Shown here: positions 1 through 9,882 of the stretch, piece after piece | Numbering within the stretch: position 1 is the first letter of the stretch | Layout of the letters: each line of letters starts with the position of its first letter | Assembly: GCA_965243025.1 (NCBI GenBank) | Contig: CBDETY010000003.1 | Location: 6,560,001 to 6,624,000, forward strand | Direction: 5' to 3' | Source: Candidatus Latescibacterota bacterium | GTDB taxonomy: Bacteria > Latescibacterota > UBA2968 > UBA8231 | DNA length: 64,000 bases | Translations under genes and position numbers: made by a program | Notes under the pieces: model-generated | Told to the model about the DNA's origin: nothing | The model's input: the letters and a program-made list of their open reading frames with translations, nothing else | The model's database searches: none

Positions 1-869
1 AACTGCTGTCCTACCGGACGGCAGCTGTGGGCCTGGTGGTCGGGGTGGCCTACATGCTGGCGTGGCTGTGCCGGGCCGGCATGGACTGGCATGTCGCCTC
101 GTTGTTTCTGGCCAGCGTGATCATCGCCTACCTGGGGATCACGCGGCTGGTGATTCAGGCAGGACTCTACTATCTGTCGACGCCCGTGGTGGGGCAGGCG
201 ATGACCATGTCCGTTTTCGGGACGGCCTCGATTTCTCCGCATGGCCTGGCGGCACTGGGACTGAGCTACAGTTTCTTCGGCGACGTGCAATCGATTTTCA
301 TGCCGTCCGCCGCCCATGCCGCCAAGCTGCAGGACGTGATGGGCTTCGGGCGCCGAGGGCTCAGCCTGGCCATCGCCATGGCGGTACTGGCAGGCTTCGG
401 CGCTGCCATCGGCAGCATTCTGTATGTGGGCTACGAGCGGGGAGCGTCCAATTTCACTTCCTGGTTCTTCCGCGTCTCCTCAGGTGCGGGAGTGATGGCC
501 TTCGACGCGGTGACGGCGCAGATAAAAAACCCGGGTCCGCCCCAGCTCGAGAAACTGGCCTTCTTCGGAATCGGCTCTTTCGTCATGAGCGCGCTGACTT
601 TCATGCAGTACCGCTTTCCCTGGTGGCCCCTGCACCCCATCGGCCTGCCCGTTGCAGCGATCTGGATGATCCGCAGGCAGGCGGCGGCCATTTTCATGGC
701 GTGGCTGGCCAAGTCGCTGATCATCCGCTTCGGGGGCATCGACCTGTATCGGCGGGCGGCCCCTTTCTTCATCGGCCTCATCCTCGGCCAGTTCATCGGA
801 GTGGGGATCTCGTTCGTCGTCGATCTCCTCTTCTTTTACGGCAACGGCCACCTGATCAGGCACGTTTAA
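1..869 (+). CDS. DUF6785/DUF6784-type polytopic membrane protein (putative transporter), 5' partial
   Basis: Frame is open to the left edge. Many TM segments; C-terminal WWPLHPIG...KSLIIRFGG...PFFIGLILG matches the paralog at 14821-16809. Confidence 0.75.
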   Translation, partial: LLSYRTAAVGLVVGVAYMLAWLCRAGMDWHVASLFLASVIIAYLGITRLVIQAGLYYLSTPVVGQAMTMSVFGTASISPHGLAALGLSYSFFGDVQSIFMPSAAHAAKLQDVMGFGRRGLSLAIAMAVLAGFGAAIGSILYVGYERGASNFTSWFFRVSSGAGVMAFDAVTAQIKNPGPPQLEKLAFFGIGSFVMSALTFMQYRFPWWPLHPIGLPVAAIWMIRRQAAAIFMAWLAKSLIIRFGGIDLYRRAAPFFIGLILGQFIGVGISFVVDLLFFYGNGHLIRHV

Positions 870-885
870 CCTCGAAAGGAGTTCC

Positions 886-2352
886 ATGCCACAGCAGCGA
901 CCCCACGTCATCTACATCCTCTCGGATGAGCACCGAGGTCAGGCCATGGGACACGCCGGCGACCCCAACCTTCGCACCCCTGCGATGGACCGGCTGGCCG
1001 CCGAAGGGGCCAGCTTCCGCCGGGCGTACGCCAACTGTCCTGTGTGTACTCCTTCGCGAGGCACCATTTTCTCCGGACGCCACGCCCACGCAGGTCCTGT
1101 GGCGGGATTCACCGACGCCTACCCGGCCACCGCTCCGAGCACGGCCACCCATCTCCGCCGGCACGGTTACCACACTGCCTATTTCGGCAAATGGCACTGC
1201 GGCGTCATTCACGATCAAGTTCCCACGGCGGTTCGAGAAAACCCGGAGGTTTACCCTGGAGGGCGGAGGATTCGCACGCCCGAGCATCTGCGCGCCGGCT
1301 TTCAGGACTGGTTCGCTTTCGAGGCCCTCAACAACCCCTTCCACACCTCCATCTACGAAGGCGAAGCAGAGACCCCCACGCCATTGGACGGATACCAGAC
1401 CGATGCGCTCACCGATCGGGCGATCGAGTACCTGCGCGCTTACGATCAGGACAGTCCCCTGTTCCTGGTGCTCAGCGTCGAGCCTCCCCACTTTCCCCTC
1501 GAGGCACCGGAACGCTTCAAGCGCTTCGATCCCGCACAGCTGCAGGTGCGCCCCAACTTCATCGACCGTCCCGACCCCCCGGGTGGCGCCCCGCTGCCCA
1601 ACCCCTGGGACAAGAGCGATGCCATCCACGACTACAGCAACGACATGCGCCGGCACCTGGCCCTGTATTACGCCATGATCGAGAACCTCGACTGGAACAT
1701 GGCCCGCCTGCTGGAAGAAACAGCGCGGATTCCGCAGTTCGCCGGAGAGCGGACGCTCGTCGTCTACATCTCCGACCACGGCGACTTCATGGGCAGTCAC
1801 GGCCTCCACGACCGCAAAGAGCACCCACACGAAGAGCCATCGCGGATCCCCGCCCTTTTCCACCGTCCCGGCCATGTCCTCGCCCAGGGCCCCGTCGACG
1901 GACTCTTCGGCCTGGTAGACCTGCTCGCCACCACCTGCGGGCTTGTCGGAATTGACGTGCCTGTCTGGAATCAGGGGACCGATTTTTCGCCCCTGCTCCG
2001 GGGAGAGACCTTCACCGGCCCTGAGTACCAACTGCTGGAGATGCTGGCGAACCCGCGCTGGTGCCTGGACTTCATGGACTGGCGGGCGCTGGTGACGGAG
2101 CGTTGGAAGTACGCCTATTACGAGACCGGCGCAGAGCTGCTCTTCGATCTGCAGGAGGACCCCTACGAGTTGACCAACCTCGCCGCTGCGCAACCCGAGG
2201 CTTGCGCGCAGTGGCGGGAGAAACTGCTCGACGCCCTGCGACGGACTCGGGAACCATTTTTCGACGTGGTCATCGAGCACGGCGTAAAGCCCTGTCCACG
2301 GCCTCGAAACGTGTCGGGGGAGAGCTACCCCATCCTCGGAGCGGCCTGGTGA
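886..2352 (+). CDS. Sulfatase (Cys-type, formylglycine-dependent)
   Basis: ILSDEHR, CTPSR (CxPxR), GKWH, SDHG and ELLFDLQEDPYELTNL motifs; RBS AAAGGAG upstream. Confidence 0.93.
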   Translation: MPQQRPHVIYILSDEHRGQAMGHAGDPNLRTPAMDRLAAEGASFRRAYANCPVCTPSRGTIFSGRHAHAGPVAGFTDAYPATAPSTATHLRRHGYHTAYFGKWHCGVIHDQVPTAVRENPEVYPGGRRIRTPEHLRAGFQDWFAFEALNNPFHTSIYEGEAETPTPLDGYQTDALTDRAIEYLRAYDQDSPLFLVLSVEPPHFPLEAPERFKRFDPAQLQVRPNFIDRPDPPGGAPLPNPWDKSDAIHDYSNDMRRHLALYYAMIENLDWNMARLLEETARIPQFAGERTLVVYISDHGDFMGSHGLHDRKEHPHEEPSRIPALFHRPGHVLAQGPVDGLFGLVDLLATTCGLVGIDVPVWNQGTDFSPLLRGETFTGPEYQLLEMLANPRWCLDFMDWRALVTERWKYAYYETGAELLFDLQEDPYELTNLAAAQPEACAQWREKLLDALRRTREPFFDVVIEHGVKPCPRPRNVSGESYPILGAAW

Positions 2353-2451
2353 TTTTCCCGCAGCAAAAGCTGATGCTGCGGCCCGTCGGCGTGCGTGGGA
2401 CGAATGCTCGCCCATTTCCGCTGCCCGCCGTCAAGGTTCCGGGCTGATCGT

Positions 2452-3216
2452 TCAGATCGAAGTGATCCCGCCCCGCCTCCAATAGTGGTCGAGCGAATCC
2501 TGCGCCTGCCATTCCAGGATCCGCTTGACCTTTTCGTTTGAGAATTTCTGATGCGGGAGATCGGGGAAGACGAAGAAAACCTCGCAGCGGGATGGGAGTG
2601 TTCCCGGTTCGACCTCCAGCGCGCAGCGGAAGGCCTCACCGGTATCTCTCCATGAGGTCGTGTAGGGGGTCATGTCACGTCCGAGGTTTGCAATCGGCGA
2701 ACCGGATCGGGATCTGTGGGCCTGCGGATCCAGAAGCATGTAAAAGAGCAGATCCATCACGTAGATATCGTGACTCTCCGTGAAAATGCGGCAGATTTCC
2801 TGTCCCATCGACTTCGTAATTGCGTACAGATACGTTCCGGGCTGATGAGGGATATCCGGCCCGATCTGGTGGTCGAAGCGTTCATAAGTAGGTCCCGCAA
2901 CCACGTAGAATGGGCCCGAGTTGACTATTCTGCCGATCCCCTGCTCTACCGCCGCGACCATCATGTTGTAGCAGCCGCGAGCATTTACATCGAAGGCCAG
3001 GCGGCGATCGGGGCGCAACACCGACAGATTGATGATGGCATCCATCCCCTCGGCCGCCGATACCACCTGATCGAGATCGGACACGTCGACCTTCAGATAT
3101 TCGTGTTGCGTATCCAGGTCGTTGATGTCGGTCAGGCGTAACCGGTGTCGCGATTCAAGCGACTTGACGACATGCGGGCCCATCTGCCCGTTTGCGCCGA
3201 GAATCAGAACGTTCAT
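2452..3216 (-). CDS. NAD-dependent epimerase/dehydrogenase (extended SDR, uronate dehydrogenase-like)
   Basis: GANGQMG Rossmann motif and YAITK (YxxxK). Confidence 0.85.
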   Translation of the reverse strand: MNVLILGANGQMGPHVVKSLESRHRLRLTDINDLDTQHEYLKVDVSDLDQVVSAAEGMDAIINLSVLRPDRRLAFDVNARGCYNMMVAAVEQGIGRIVNSGPFYVVAGPTYERFDHQIGPDIPHQPGTYLYAITKSMGQEICRIFTESHDIYVMDLLFYMLLDPQAHRSRSGSPIANLGRDMTPYTTSWRDTGEAFRCALEVEPGTLPSRCEVFFVFPDLPHQKFSNEKVKRILEWQAQDSLDHYWRRGGITSI

Positions 3217-3926
3217 CGTGCCTTGCCCCTTCTCCGGGGCGTGTAGCCAAGACTGAACGGCGGGGAGACGTCATCGGCGCTCCACCACTCCTGGCCGGTC
3301 AGGAACCGCGCGTTGGTCACCGCCGACTGGATGTGAAAGATGTCCAGCCATCCGGAAAGCTCTGCCGTGAGTGCCTTCTCTACCGCGTCGACCGCATCGT
3401 CCATATAGAGAGCCGATGAGGTGGGATCCGAACTCGATTCCGGCGTGATGTCACCCAGTCTCAGGACGACGACGTGGATCTTTCTCTCGCGGGCGAACTC
3501 GCGACACACGAATTCGCCAAGGTGAAAACAGAGCACCGGTAATTCCGTTGTCGGGAGCGTCTTCCACCGTTCGGTTACCGCGAGGTCCGGGTCATAGCCC
3601 TTCATGAGGAGTAGGGAGCTGAGGTAGACGAATCGCTGAACACCCTCTTCCGCCGCCGCCCACAGGAGGTTGTAGGTGCAGCGCATCTGGAAGTCGAGTT
3701 GCTCGGACGCGCTCGCTTCAGGGTCGATCTCTCCGGAGTGAACGATCGCATCGACACCGCGAACCAGCTCGTTGGTTGCCTCTGTGTGATCGAGGGCGGA
3801 ACGGAGAAACCCGAGGTCGGACGACACCTCTCGAGTGTCCGTCAGCTTGATCTCGTGGCCGCGGCTCAGCGATCCCGCGATTCCTCGCGAGAGTTGCGAC
3901 GCGGCCGATGTAATCAGGACTTCCAT
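3213..3926 (-). CDS. SDR-fold protein with degenerate NAD-binding and catalytic motifs
   Basis: Colinear with the neighbouring SDR (TYNLLWAAAEEGVQRFVYLSS), but TSAASQLS replaces GxxGxxG and there is no YxxxK. Overlaps the neighbour by ATGA. Confidence 0.75.
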   Translation of the reverse strand: MEVLITSAASQLSRGIAGSLSRGHEIKLTDTREVSSDLGFLRSALDHTEATNELVRGVDAIVHSGEIDPEASASEQLDFQMRCTYNLLWAAAEEGVQRFVYLSSLLLMKGYDPDLAVTERWKTLPTTELPVLCFHLGEFVCREFARERKIHVVVLRLGDITPESSSDPTSSALYMDDAVDAVEKALTAELSGWLDIFHIQSAVTNARFLTGQEWWSADDVSPPFSLGYTPRRRGKAR

Positions 3927-4190
3927 ACGAAATCGTCAACGAGCGATTTCAAGGGCGCAATTCATGTCCAATAGCTCTTCTGGCATCCATCGGGTTTTAT
4001 ACTTCTCATACGCATTTGCGCAGTATTCGATGCAAGCCCACCCACGGAAGGGGAGGTCAAGCCTCGGCGGCCTACTCGAGGTAGAGCAACCGCCGCGTCA
4101 TCAGCCCCCCGGATGGCGCAGGCACGCCAAGATCCCCGCGGCCACCGGGGCACCCTGGTGGTCGCGGGGATCCCAGACGACCTGATACCT

Positions 4191-4319
4191 GACCACGTCC
4201 CACAATCGAACCGTGCCGTCCTCACTGGCACTGGCCAGCAGCGACCCATCCGGTGTGAAAGATACCGAATTCACCCAGTGACCATGGCCTTCGAGAGTGG
4301 CTGCTTCCCGGCCGCTGGG
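4191..4319 (-). pseudogene. Isolated single WD40 repeat remnant
   Basis: Manual translation gives [41 protein letters not shown]; no flanking repeats are visible. Confidence 0.8.
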
Positions 4320-4564
4320 CAGCTCGTTTCATTTGCTCTGGATCAATCACAAGATGCTCCAAAGTCCCTGCGCCCGCACTGGTTCATGGGGCTGGGACTG
4401 TTCTTCTTCGGGGTCTTCTACCTGGGTCTGGCCGTGCTCGTCTTCTACATCCGGGTGCTGCCGGCCCTGTAGCAGTTCGCGATGCCAGGCGTGAGCGTCC
4501 GCGTGCCGGGATCTGCCGAATCTCGATCCGGTTTGGCAAGTTGGGGCTTCCTTCCGGCCGCCGA

Positions 4565-4593
4565 TTGAAGGGCCTGGAGCGGCCTCCTATACT
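4565..4593 (+). promoter_or_regulatory. Sigma70-like promoter, probably giving a leaderless transcript
   Basis: TTGAAG-N17-TATACT, followed 7 nt later by ATG 4601, which has no RBS. Confidence 0.55.
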
Positions 4594-4600
4594 TCCGGGT

Positions 4601-6478
4601 ATGCAATCACCCGTCCGCTTCGACCGCTCTTTCCTTCCCGGGGCCCGCTTCGAATTTGCCGTCATCAGCGATACCCACAACATCCTGGATACTGAGCCCT
4701 ATGCGGTTGAATTCCGCTCCGTTCGGAATTGGCCGGCGCGAGCCAGATGGGCAGCCGGGATGGCCGCCGATATAGGGGGGGATTTCCTGATTCACCTCGG
4801 GGACCTGACCGAAGAAAACGCCTCGAAGAAGGGGCAGCTTGAATCCCGGGAAGAAGCCTGTCAGGCCTATGAAAATGCGGGCTTGAGACTCTACCAGGTC
4901 GCCGGCAACGTGGATATCGGCGACAAGCCGGATCCCACCATGTTCGCCGACCGGGTCAGTGCAGAGAGCCTGGCCACATTTGAAGAGCGATTTGGCCGTT
5001 CCTTTTACAGCTTCGACTACGACCAAGCCCATTTCGTCGTCCTCAACTCCCAGATAATGGGCGGGCGGCTGCCTCAGGCCGACGAACAGAAGGTGTGGGC
5101 GGAGCAAGATCTGGCCAAGAACCGGAACAAACGGATTCTTGTCTTCCTCCACATGCCACCTTTCGTGGTGGCCGAAACGGAACCCGGTCTGGGATTCTAC
5201 AACGCCCTGAACGAGCCCGCCCGAAGCTGGCTCACCGGGCTGTGCCGCCGCTACCGGGTCGAACTGATGATGTGCGGACACACGCACTTTCGGATGTTCA
5301 ATCGAATCGGGACCACGCGCCTGATCGTGGCGCCGTCGACGACGACTTCGCGTGCCGGGTTTTACGAGGCCTTCAGCGTGGCCCCGCCGTCGGAACAGGG
5401 TCGGAACGATCCACCCAAGCTGGGGATGCTGCTGGTCAGGGTTCTGGACGACGGCGCGCGTGTCCATTTCGTTCCGACCCGCGGCCAGACCGAACCGGAC
5501 CCCTTGGAAGCGGGGTGGTCCCGCCTGCTCACGAGAACGAGTCAGGATCTTCAGAATTCACCCCTGGGACTCTTCCTCCGGACTCCTTTGGCTGCCGCCA
5601 GCGAGGGGGCGCTGGCTTGGCCCAGCGCTCTACGACAGGGAATTCGCGACGACCATCCCTTTCTGGCCTGCCTGGAACTGGGCGCTCGCCACGTTCGTGT
5701 CCCCCTGTCCGATCTGGACAGCCCCCTTCAAATGGAACGGCTGTCTCACCTGCGGGAGGAAGGCGTCGAGCTGACGGCCTTCTGCCTCTGGCCCCCCGAA
5801 GCGGAAGAAGCGGAAGCGACCGATGCCGACTGTCTGGAATTGCAGATGCCCACCTGTGTCTGTCCCGACGAGGATCAATCGACGTTCTTGAAGCTCGCCC
5901 GGCACCCCCCGACGCGGGGAGTCAGCCTGGCGCCTCTGCTGACCCGGGAGTTCTCCAAGACCAAGTATCATCCTCGGATGCGCGTCGGGTATCGACCCGA
6001 GGAACTTCCCGAACTCTACCGTTCCCTTGAAGACTCCTCCACCCGTGTCGACCGCATCGTCTGCCATCTGGATGACGCGGAGGATCCTCTCATCGGCCTG
6101 CTGGAATTCGAGTTCGATCCGGATCGAGAAGTCGCACCCGACTTCGTGTTGCGCCTGCCCGGCACTGACGAAAGCGAACAGGCACGGCGTCTGTGCCGGG
6201 CCCTGTGCGGGGCGGCGGCCAGTCCGGGCTGCCGGCTCTTCGTGGACACCCTGGTCCCGGACCCTACCCTTCTCCTCCAGAGCGACCCGATAGTTTCGGG
6301 GTTCGAAAAACAGGATCGTGTTCAAGCACCGGGCCACCTGGAAGGCCGGTCTCGGGTTGGCCAGCCGGTCCAGGAGGCCGAGCTGCAGGCCGGTGCTGAG
6401 CTGGGACGACAAGAACTGGACCGACTCACCACTGAAGGAGTCAATGATGAAAATCGCACTGGGCGTTACTCTGGATGA
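4601..6478 (+). CDS. Calcineurin-like metallophosphoesterase with large C-terminal domain; 3' end probably rearranged
   Basis: DTH, HLGD, GNVD, HMPP and GHTH motifs. Sequence after ~6255 looks like an inverted piece of the same gene (see findings). Confidence 0.8.
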   Translation: MQSPVRFDRSFLPGARFEFAVISDTHNILDTEPYAVEFRSVRNWPARARWAAGMAADIGGDFLIHLGDLTEENASKKGQLESREEACQAYENAGLRLYQVAGNVDIGDKPDPTMFADRVSAESLATFEERFGRSFYSFDYDQAHFVVLNSQIMGGRLPQADEQKVWAEQDLAKNRNKRILVFLHMPPFVVAETEPGLGFYNALNEPARSWLTGLCRRYRVELMMCGHTHFRMFNRIGTTRLIVAPSTTTSRAGFYEAFSVAPPSEQGRNDPPKLGMLLVRVLDDGARVHFVPTRGQTEPDPLEAGWSRLLTRTSQDLQNSPLGLFLRTPLAAASEGALAWPSALRQGIRDDHPFLACLELGARHVRVPLSDLDSPLQMERLSHLREEGVELTAFCLWPPEAEEAEATDADCLELQMPTCVCPDEDQSTFLKLARHPPTRGVSLAPLLTREFSKTKYHPRMRVGYRPEELPELYRSLEDSSTRVDRIVCHLDDAEDPLIGLLEFEFDPDREVAPDFVLRLPGTDESEQARRLCRALCGAAASPGCRLFVDTLVPDPTLLLQSDPIVSGFEKQDRVQAPGHLEGRSRVGQPVQEAELQAGAELGRQELDRLTTEGVNDENRTGRYSG

Positions 6479-7451
6479 AAATGCCATCCGCTTTGCGCGC
6501 CAGCTGGGGGTCCGGCACGTCGTCTGGACTCTCGGCAGCGAGCAGTATCCGGGAGACCGCGTCGATTACGAGGTCTTCGCAAGAGCGAGGGAGACGTTCG
6601 ACAAGGGCGGGCTCGAGCTGCTGGTGCTGGAGGGATTCCCGCATCACTTCTACGACAAGGCGATGTTCAACCTCCCAGGCCGGGACGATGAGATCGCCGG
6701 CGTGTGCGAGAGCATCCGCAACATGGGGCGGGCTGGCATCGGTGTGCTCAGCTACCAGTGGATGCCGCTCGGAGGACTGAGTACCGATGTCGTTCGCGGC
6801 CGCGGTGGGGCGCGCGAACGCCGCTTCGACCTCGACAGCGCGCTCGACCATCCGGCTGCCGTCCTCGACTGGCGCGAGCAGGGGCTCTACCAGCTGCCCG
6901 ACCGGGACATGGGCCGCGAGGAAGTATGGGAAAACCTCACCTACTTCCTCGAGCGCGTGGTGCCGGCTGCCGAAGAGGCCGGTGTCAAACTGGCCATGCA
7001 TCCGGATGATCCTCCCGTAGAGTCCTTCCTCGGCGTGGAGCGCATCCTCTACAACCTGGACGGGCTGCAGCGTCTCATCGACACGATGCCCAGCCCCAAC
7101 AACGGCCTCAACTTCTGTCAGGGCTGCGTTTCGGAGATGGCGGGCGTCGACGTCGTGCAAGCCATTCGTCGATTCGGCTCACAGGGGGCAATTCACTTCG
7201 CGCATTTCCGCGATACGCGGGGAACGGTACCTCGCTTCGACGAAGTTTTCATGGACGAGGGGGACACCGACATGGTCGCTGCCATGCGCGCGTACGTCGA
7301 TGCCGGCGTCGACGTCTGCATTCGAGCCGATCACACGCCGGGGATCGTCGGCGACAACGAGCGCGCCGAGCGCGGGTACGGCTTCCAGATCGGCTATATG
7401 AAAGGACTGCTCGCTGCCGCAGAACGGGCGCGTTCGGGAGGGAAGACGTGA
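6444..7451 (+). CDS. uxuA: Mannonate dehydratase (UxuA) family protein
   Basis: WENLTYFLERVVPAAEEAGVKLAMHPDDPP, NFCQG, HFRD and RADH motifs; RBS AAGGAG. Confidence 0.88.
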   Translation: MMKIALGVTLDENAIRFARQLGVRHVVWTLGSEQYPGDRVDYEVFARARETFDKGGLELLVLEGFPHHFYDKAMFNLPGRDDEIAGVCESIRNMGRAGIGVLSYQWMPLGGLSTDVVRGRGGARERRFDLDSALDHPAAVLDWREQGLYQLPDRDMGREEVWENLTYFLERVVPAAEEAGVKLAMHPDDPPVESFLGVERILYNLDGLQRLIDTMPSPNNGLNFCQGCVSEMAGVDVVQAIRRFGSQGAIHFAHFRDTRGTVPRFDEVFMDEGDTDMVAAMRAYVDAGVDVCIRADHTPGIVGDNERAERGYGFQIGYMKGLLAAAERARSGGKT

Positions 7452-8302
7452 ATCTCGCACTCGCCCTCGACTGCGCGCGGGACGAGGACTTGATCTTTGC
7501 GCAGCAGCTCGGCGTCACCCACGTGCTCGCGCAGCTGCCGGACGCAACGGACTGGCGCGCAAGAGACCTCAGGGCCCTGCGCAACCGGGTCGAAAAGGCG
7601 GGGCTCGCTCTCGCCGGTATCGAAGAAGCGCCTTTCTCGTTCGGCGAATCTGTGCGTGGCGGCGAATCCGACGAGGCCGAGCTCTGTGATTTGCTGCGGC
7701 AGGCCGGCGAGGCGGGAATCGAGACGGTCGGGTATTCGGCGATGCCACGCCCCCCTGCCGGTTCGTCGGGTACGGTGGAGACTCGCGGAGGGGCGGTCGC
7801 GCGGACCTGGCCGTCAGCGGATCTCATCGTCGAATCCGCGTACTGGGATTCGTTGAGATCGACGCTGGGGACAATCGTGCCGGTGGCGGAACGGGCTGGC
7901 GTCAGGCTGGCCTGTCAGGTCCCCGGGGAGGCGACCGTGTGCGATCGCCTGCTGTCCCTGAGCGAGAGCTCGAAGCACGGTCTCGACCTGCACTGCGGGA
8001 CCGGTTCGGTAGCGGGCGACCGCGAGGTTGCGCCTCTGATTGCCCGTTCCCGCGACAGGATATTCTCTATCCGTCTGGGCAGCTACTCGCAATCCGGCGG
8101 TCTGCACCAGGCTTTTCTCGACGAGGGAGGGAGCGACCAGATGTCGATTCTCGAGAGCTGTCGGGACGCGGGATTCACCGGCACTATCCGTCCCGCGCCT
8201 GCACCGCACATGCACGAGGATACGGACTGGGGCCACAAGGGACAGGCCTTCTCAGTGGGGTATCTGCGCGCCCAGCTTCAGGCGCTGGAAAGTCAGAGCT
8301 GA
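7448..8302 (+). CDS. Degenerate UxuA-like TIM-barrel protein
   Basis: Colinear with UxuA (IVPVAERAGVRLA, FLDEG, AFSVGYLRA) but lacks HPDDP, HFRD and RPDH. GTGA overlap with the upstream gene. Confidence 0.75.
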   Translation: MNLALALDCARDEDLIFAQQLGVTHVLAQLPDATDWRARDLRALRNRVEKAGLALAGIEEAPFSFGESVRGGESDEAELCDLLRQAGEAGIETVGYSAMPRPPAGSSGTVETRGGAVARTWPSADLIVESAYWDSLRSTLGTIVPVAERAGVRLACQVPGEATVCDRLLSLSESSKHGLDLHCGTGSVAGDREVAPLIARSRDRIFSIRLGSYSQSGGLHQAFLDEGGSDQMSILESCRDAGFTGTIRPAPAPHMHEDTDWGHKGQAFSVGYLRAQLQALESQS

Positions 8303-8460
8303 TGCATAACATCGCCGCGCGTTACGATTTTGGCATGTTCGGCAACTATCCGTTTGCCGCCGGCGTTACCGACGGGGACGGCCGCGCCGAGTTCGCCATG
8401 ATGAGCCGGGAGGGTGATTACCTCCTCGCCTCGACCACGACGGCAGGTGGAACTGAGTGA
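8302..8460 (+). pseudogene. Truncated N-terminal fragment of an unknown protein (FG-GAP-like DGDGRAE motif)
   Basis: TGATG-coupled ATG; MHNIAARYDFGMFGNYPFAAGVTDGDGRAEF..., stopping after 52 aa. Confidence 0.4.
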
Positions 8461-8485
8461 ACCCTCGCACACTCACCGATTCACC

Positions 8486-9235
8486 ATGCCACAGACCATA
8501 CTCATAACCGGAATGACCGGGCTCATCGGGGGCGAGGTCCGCAGTCGCCTCGAGGGCCGCTATCAGCTGCGAGCCCTCAACAGAAGGGCGGTGCCCGGGG
8601 TCGACTGCCATCAGGCCGACATCGGCGACCTCGAGGCCATTGCGCCCGCCTTCGCCGGCGTCGATGTCGTCGTCCACCTTGCCGCCCTGATCGGCGGCTC
8701 CTGGGACGCGTTGCTGGACGCCAACATCGTCGGCACCTACAACGTTTTCGAGGCCGCCCGCCGGAACGACGTCCAGCGCGTCGTGTTTGCCAGCAGTGGC
8801 TCGGTCGTCGCCGGGTACGAGCAAGTCTCGCCGTACAGAGAGCTCGCGACCGGAAAGTATGAAGAGGCGCCACCTACCTGGCCGATAATGACCGCGGACA
8901 CCCCGGTGTGGCCGGCCGGCCTTTACGCCTGCAGCAAAGTCTGGGGCGAGGCGCTCGCTCGACACTACTGCGACGCGCACGGCCTTTCCATCCTCTGCCT
9001 GCGCTTCGGGAGGGTTAACCCGGAAAATCGGCCCACCCAGCCGCGCGAGTACTGCGTCTGGTTGAGTCACCGGGACGTGGCCCAAATGATCGAGCGCTGC
9101 ATCGAGGCGCCCGATCATCTCGGCTACGAAGTGTTTTTCGTCGTCTCTGACAACAAGTGGGGATACCGCGATCTGACATCCCCGCATCGGGCTGTGGGAT
9201 TCGAACCTCAGGATTCGGCGGACGATTACCGTTGA
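8486..9235 (+). CDS. NAD-dependent epimerase/dehydrogenase (uronate dehydrogenase-like)
   Basis: GMTGLIG, VVHLAA, YACSK and WLSHRD motifs. Confidence 0.88.
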   Translation: MPQTILITGMTGLIGGEVRSRLEGRYQLRALNRRAVPGVDCHQADIGDLEAIAPAFAGVDVVVHLAALIGGSWDALLDANIVGTYNVFEAARRNDVQRVVFASSGSVVAGYEQVSPYRELATGKYEEAPPTWPIMTADTPVWPAGLYACSKVWGEALARHYCDAHGLSILCLRFGRVNPENRPTQPREYCVWLSHRDVAQMIERCIEAPDHLGYEVFFVVSDNKWGYRDLTSPHRAVGFEPQDSADDYR

Positions 9236-9267
9236 AGTGGCCGACGACACCTGATGCGGCGCAGAGG

Positions 9268-9513
9268 TCAATCGAAAACGATGATATTGCGCCGCGCCTC
9301 GCCGCTTTCCACCTCCGCGATCGCTTCGTTGATCTGCTCGAGACGGTATCGACCCGACACGAGCTCATCCAGCTTGAGACGGCGGGACCGGTAGAGATCG
9401 AAATAACGCGGGATGTGCACTGTGGGAATCGTCGAGCCGTTGTGATTTCCGATGACCCGGCGCTCCGAGATCAATACCGCGTCCAACCCGGCGATGGCGC
9501 CGCAGCCCAGTAT
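9268..9513 (-). pseudogene. Zn-dependent alcohol dehydrogenase remnant
   Basis: ILGCGAIAGLDAVL is joined directly to the C-terminal ERRVIG...LKLDELVSGRYRLEQINEA...RNIIVFD. The N-terminal and Rossmann parts are missing. Confidence 0.75.
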
Positions 9514-9882
9514 TTCGGATCACAAGGCCTGTACTGTTTTGACTTCCTGGGCAACCTGAAGTGGAAAAGAGACTTCGGGGACATGACAACGCGGAATAGC
9601 TTTGGTGAAGGCAGCTCTCCGGCCATTCAGGGGACTACCCTCGTGGTCAACTGGGATCATGAAGGAGATTCGTTCATCGTCGCGCTCGACACGCGGTCCG
9701 GCGAAGAGATTTGGCGCCGGGAGCGAGACGAACCCACCTCCTGGTCTACGCCGTTGATCGTCGAGTTTGACGAAAAGCACCAGGTAATCGTCAGCGCGTC
9801 GCGAAAGACGAGGAGCTATGATCTCGAGACGGGAGATCTGATCTGGGAATGTTCCGGTACTGCATTGCAGCCGACTGAGTGA
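9511..9882 (+). pseudogene. Internal fragment of a PQQ-like (BamB-type) beta-propeller protein
   Basis: YFGSQGLYCFDFLGNLKW...GEGSSP...VALDTRSGEEIW...SWSTP...YDLETGDLIW; no credible start codon or signal peptide. Confidence 0.78.

Noticed and set aside
9157-9882. 241-aa ORF as an intact gene
   Set aside because: The N-terminal half is antisense to the ADH remnant; only 9511 onward is propeller-like.
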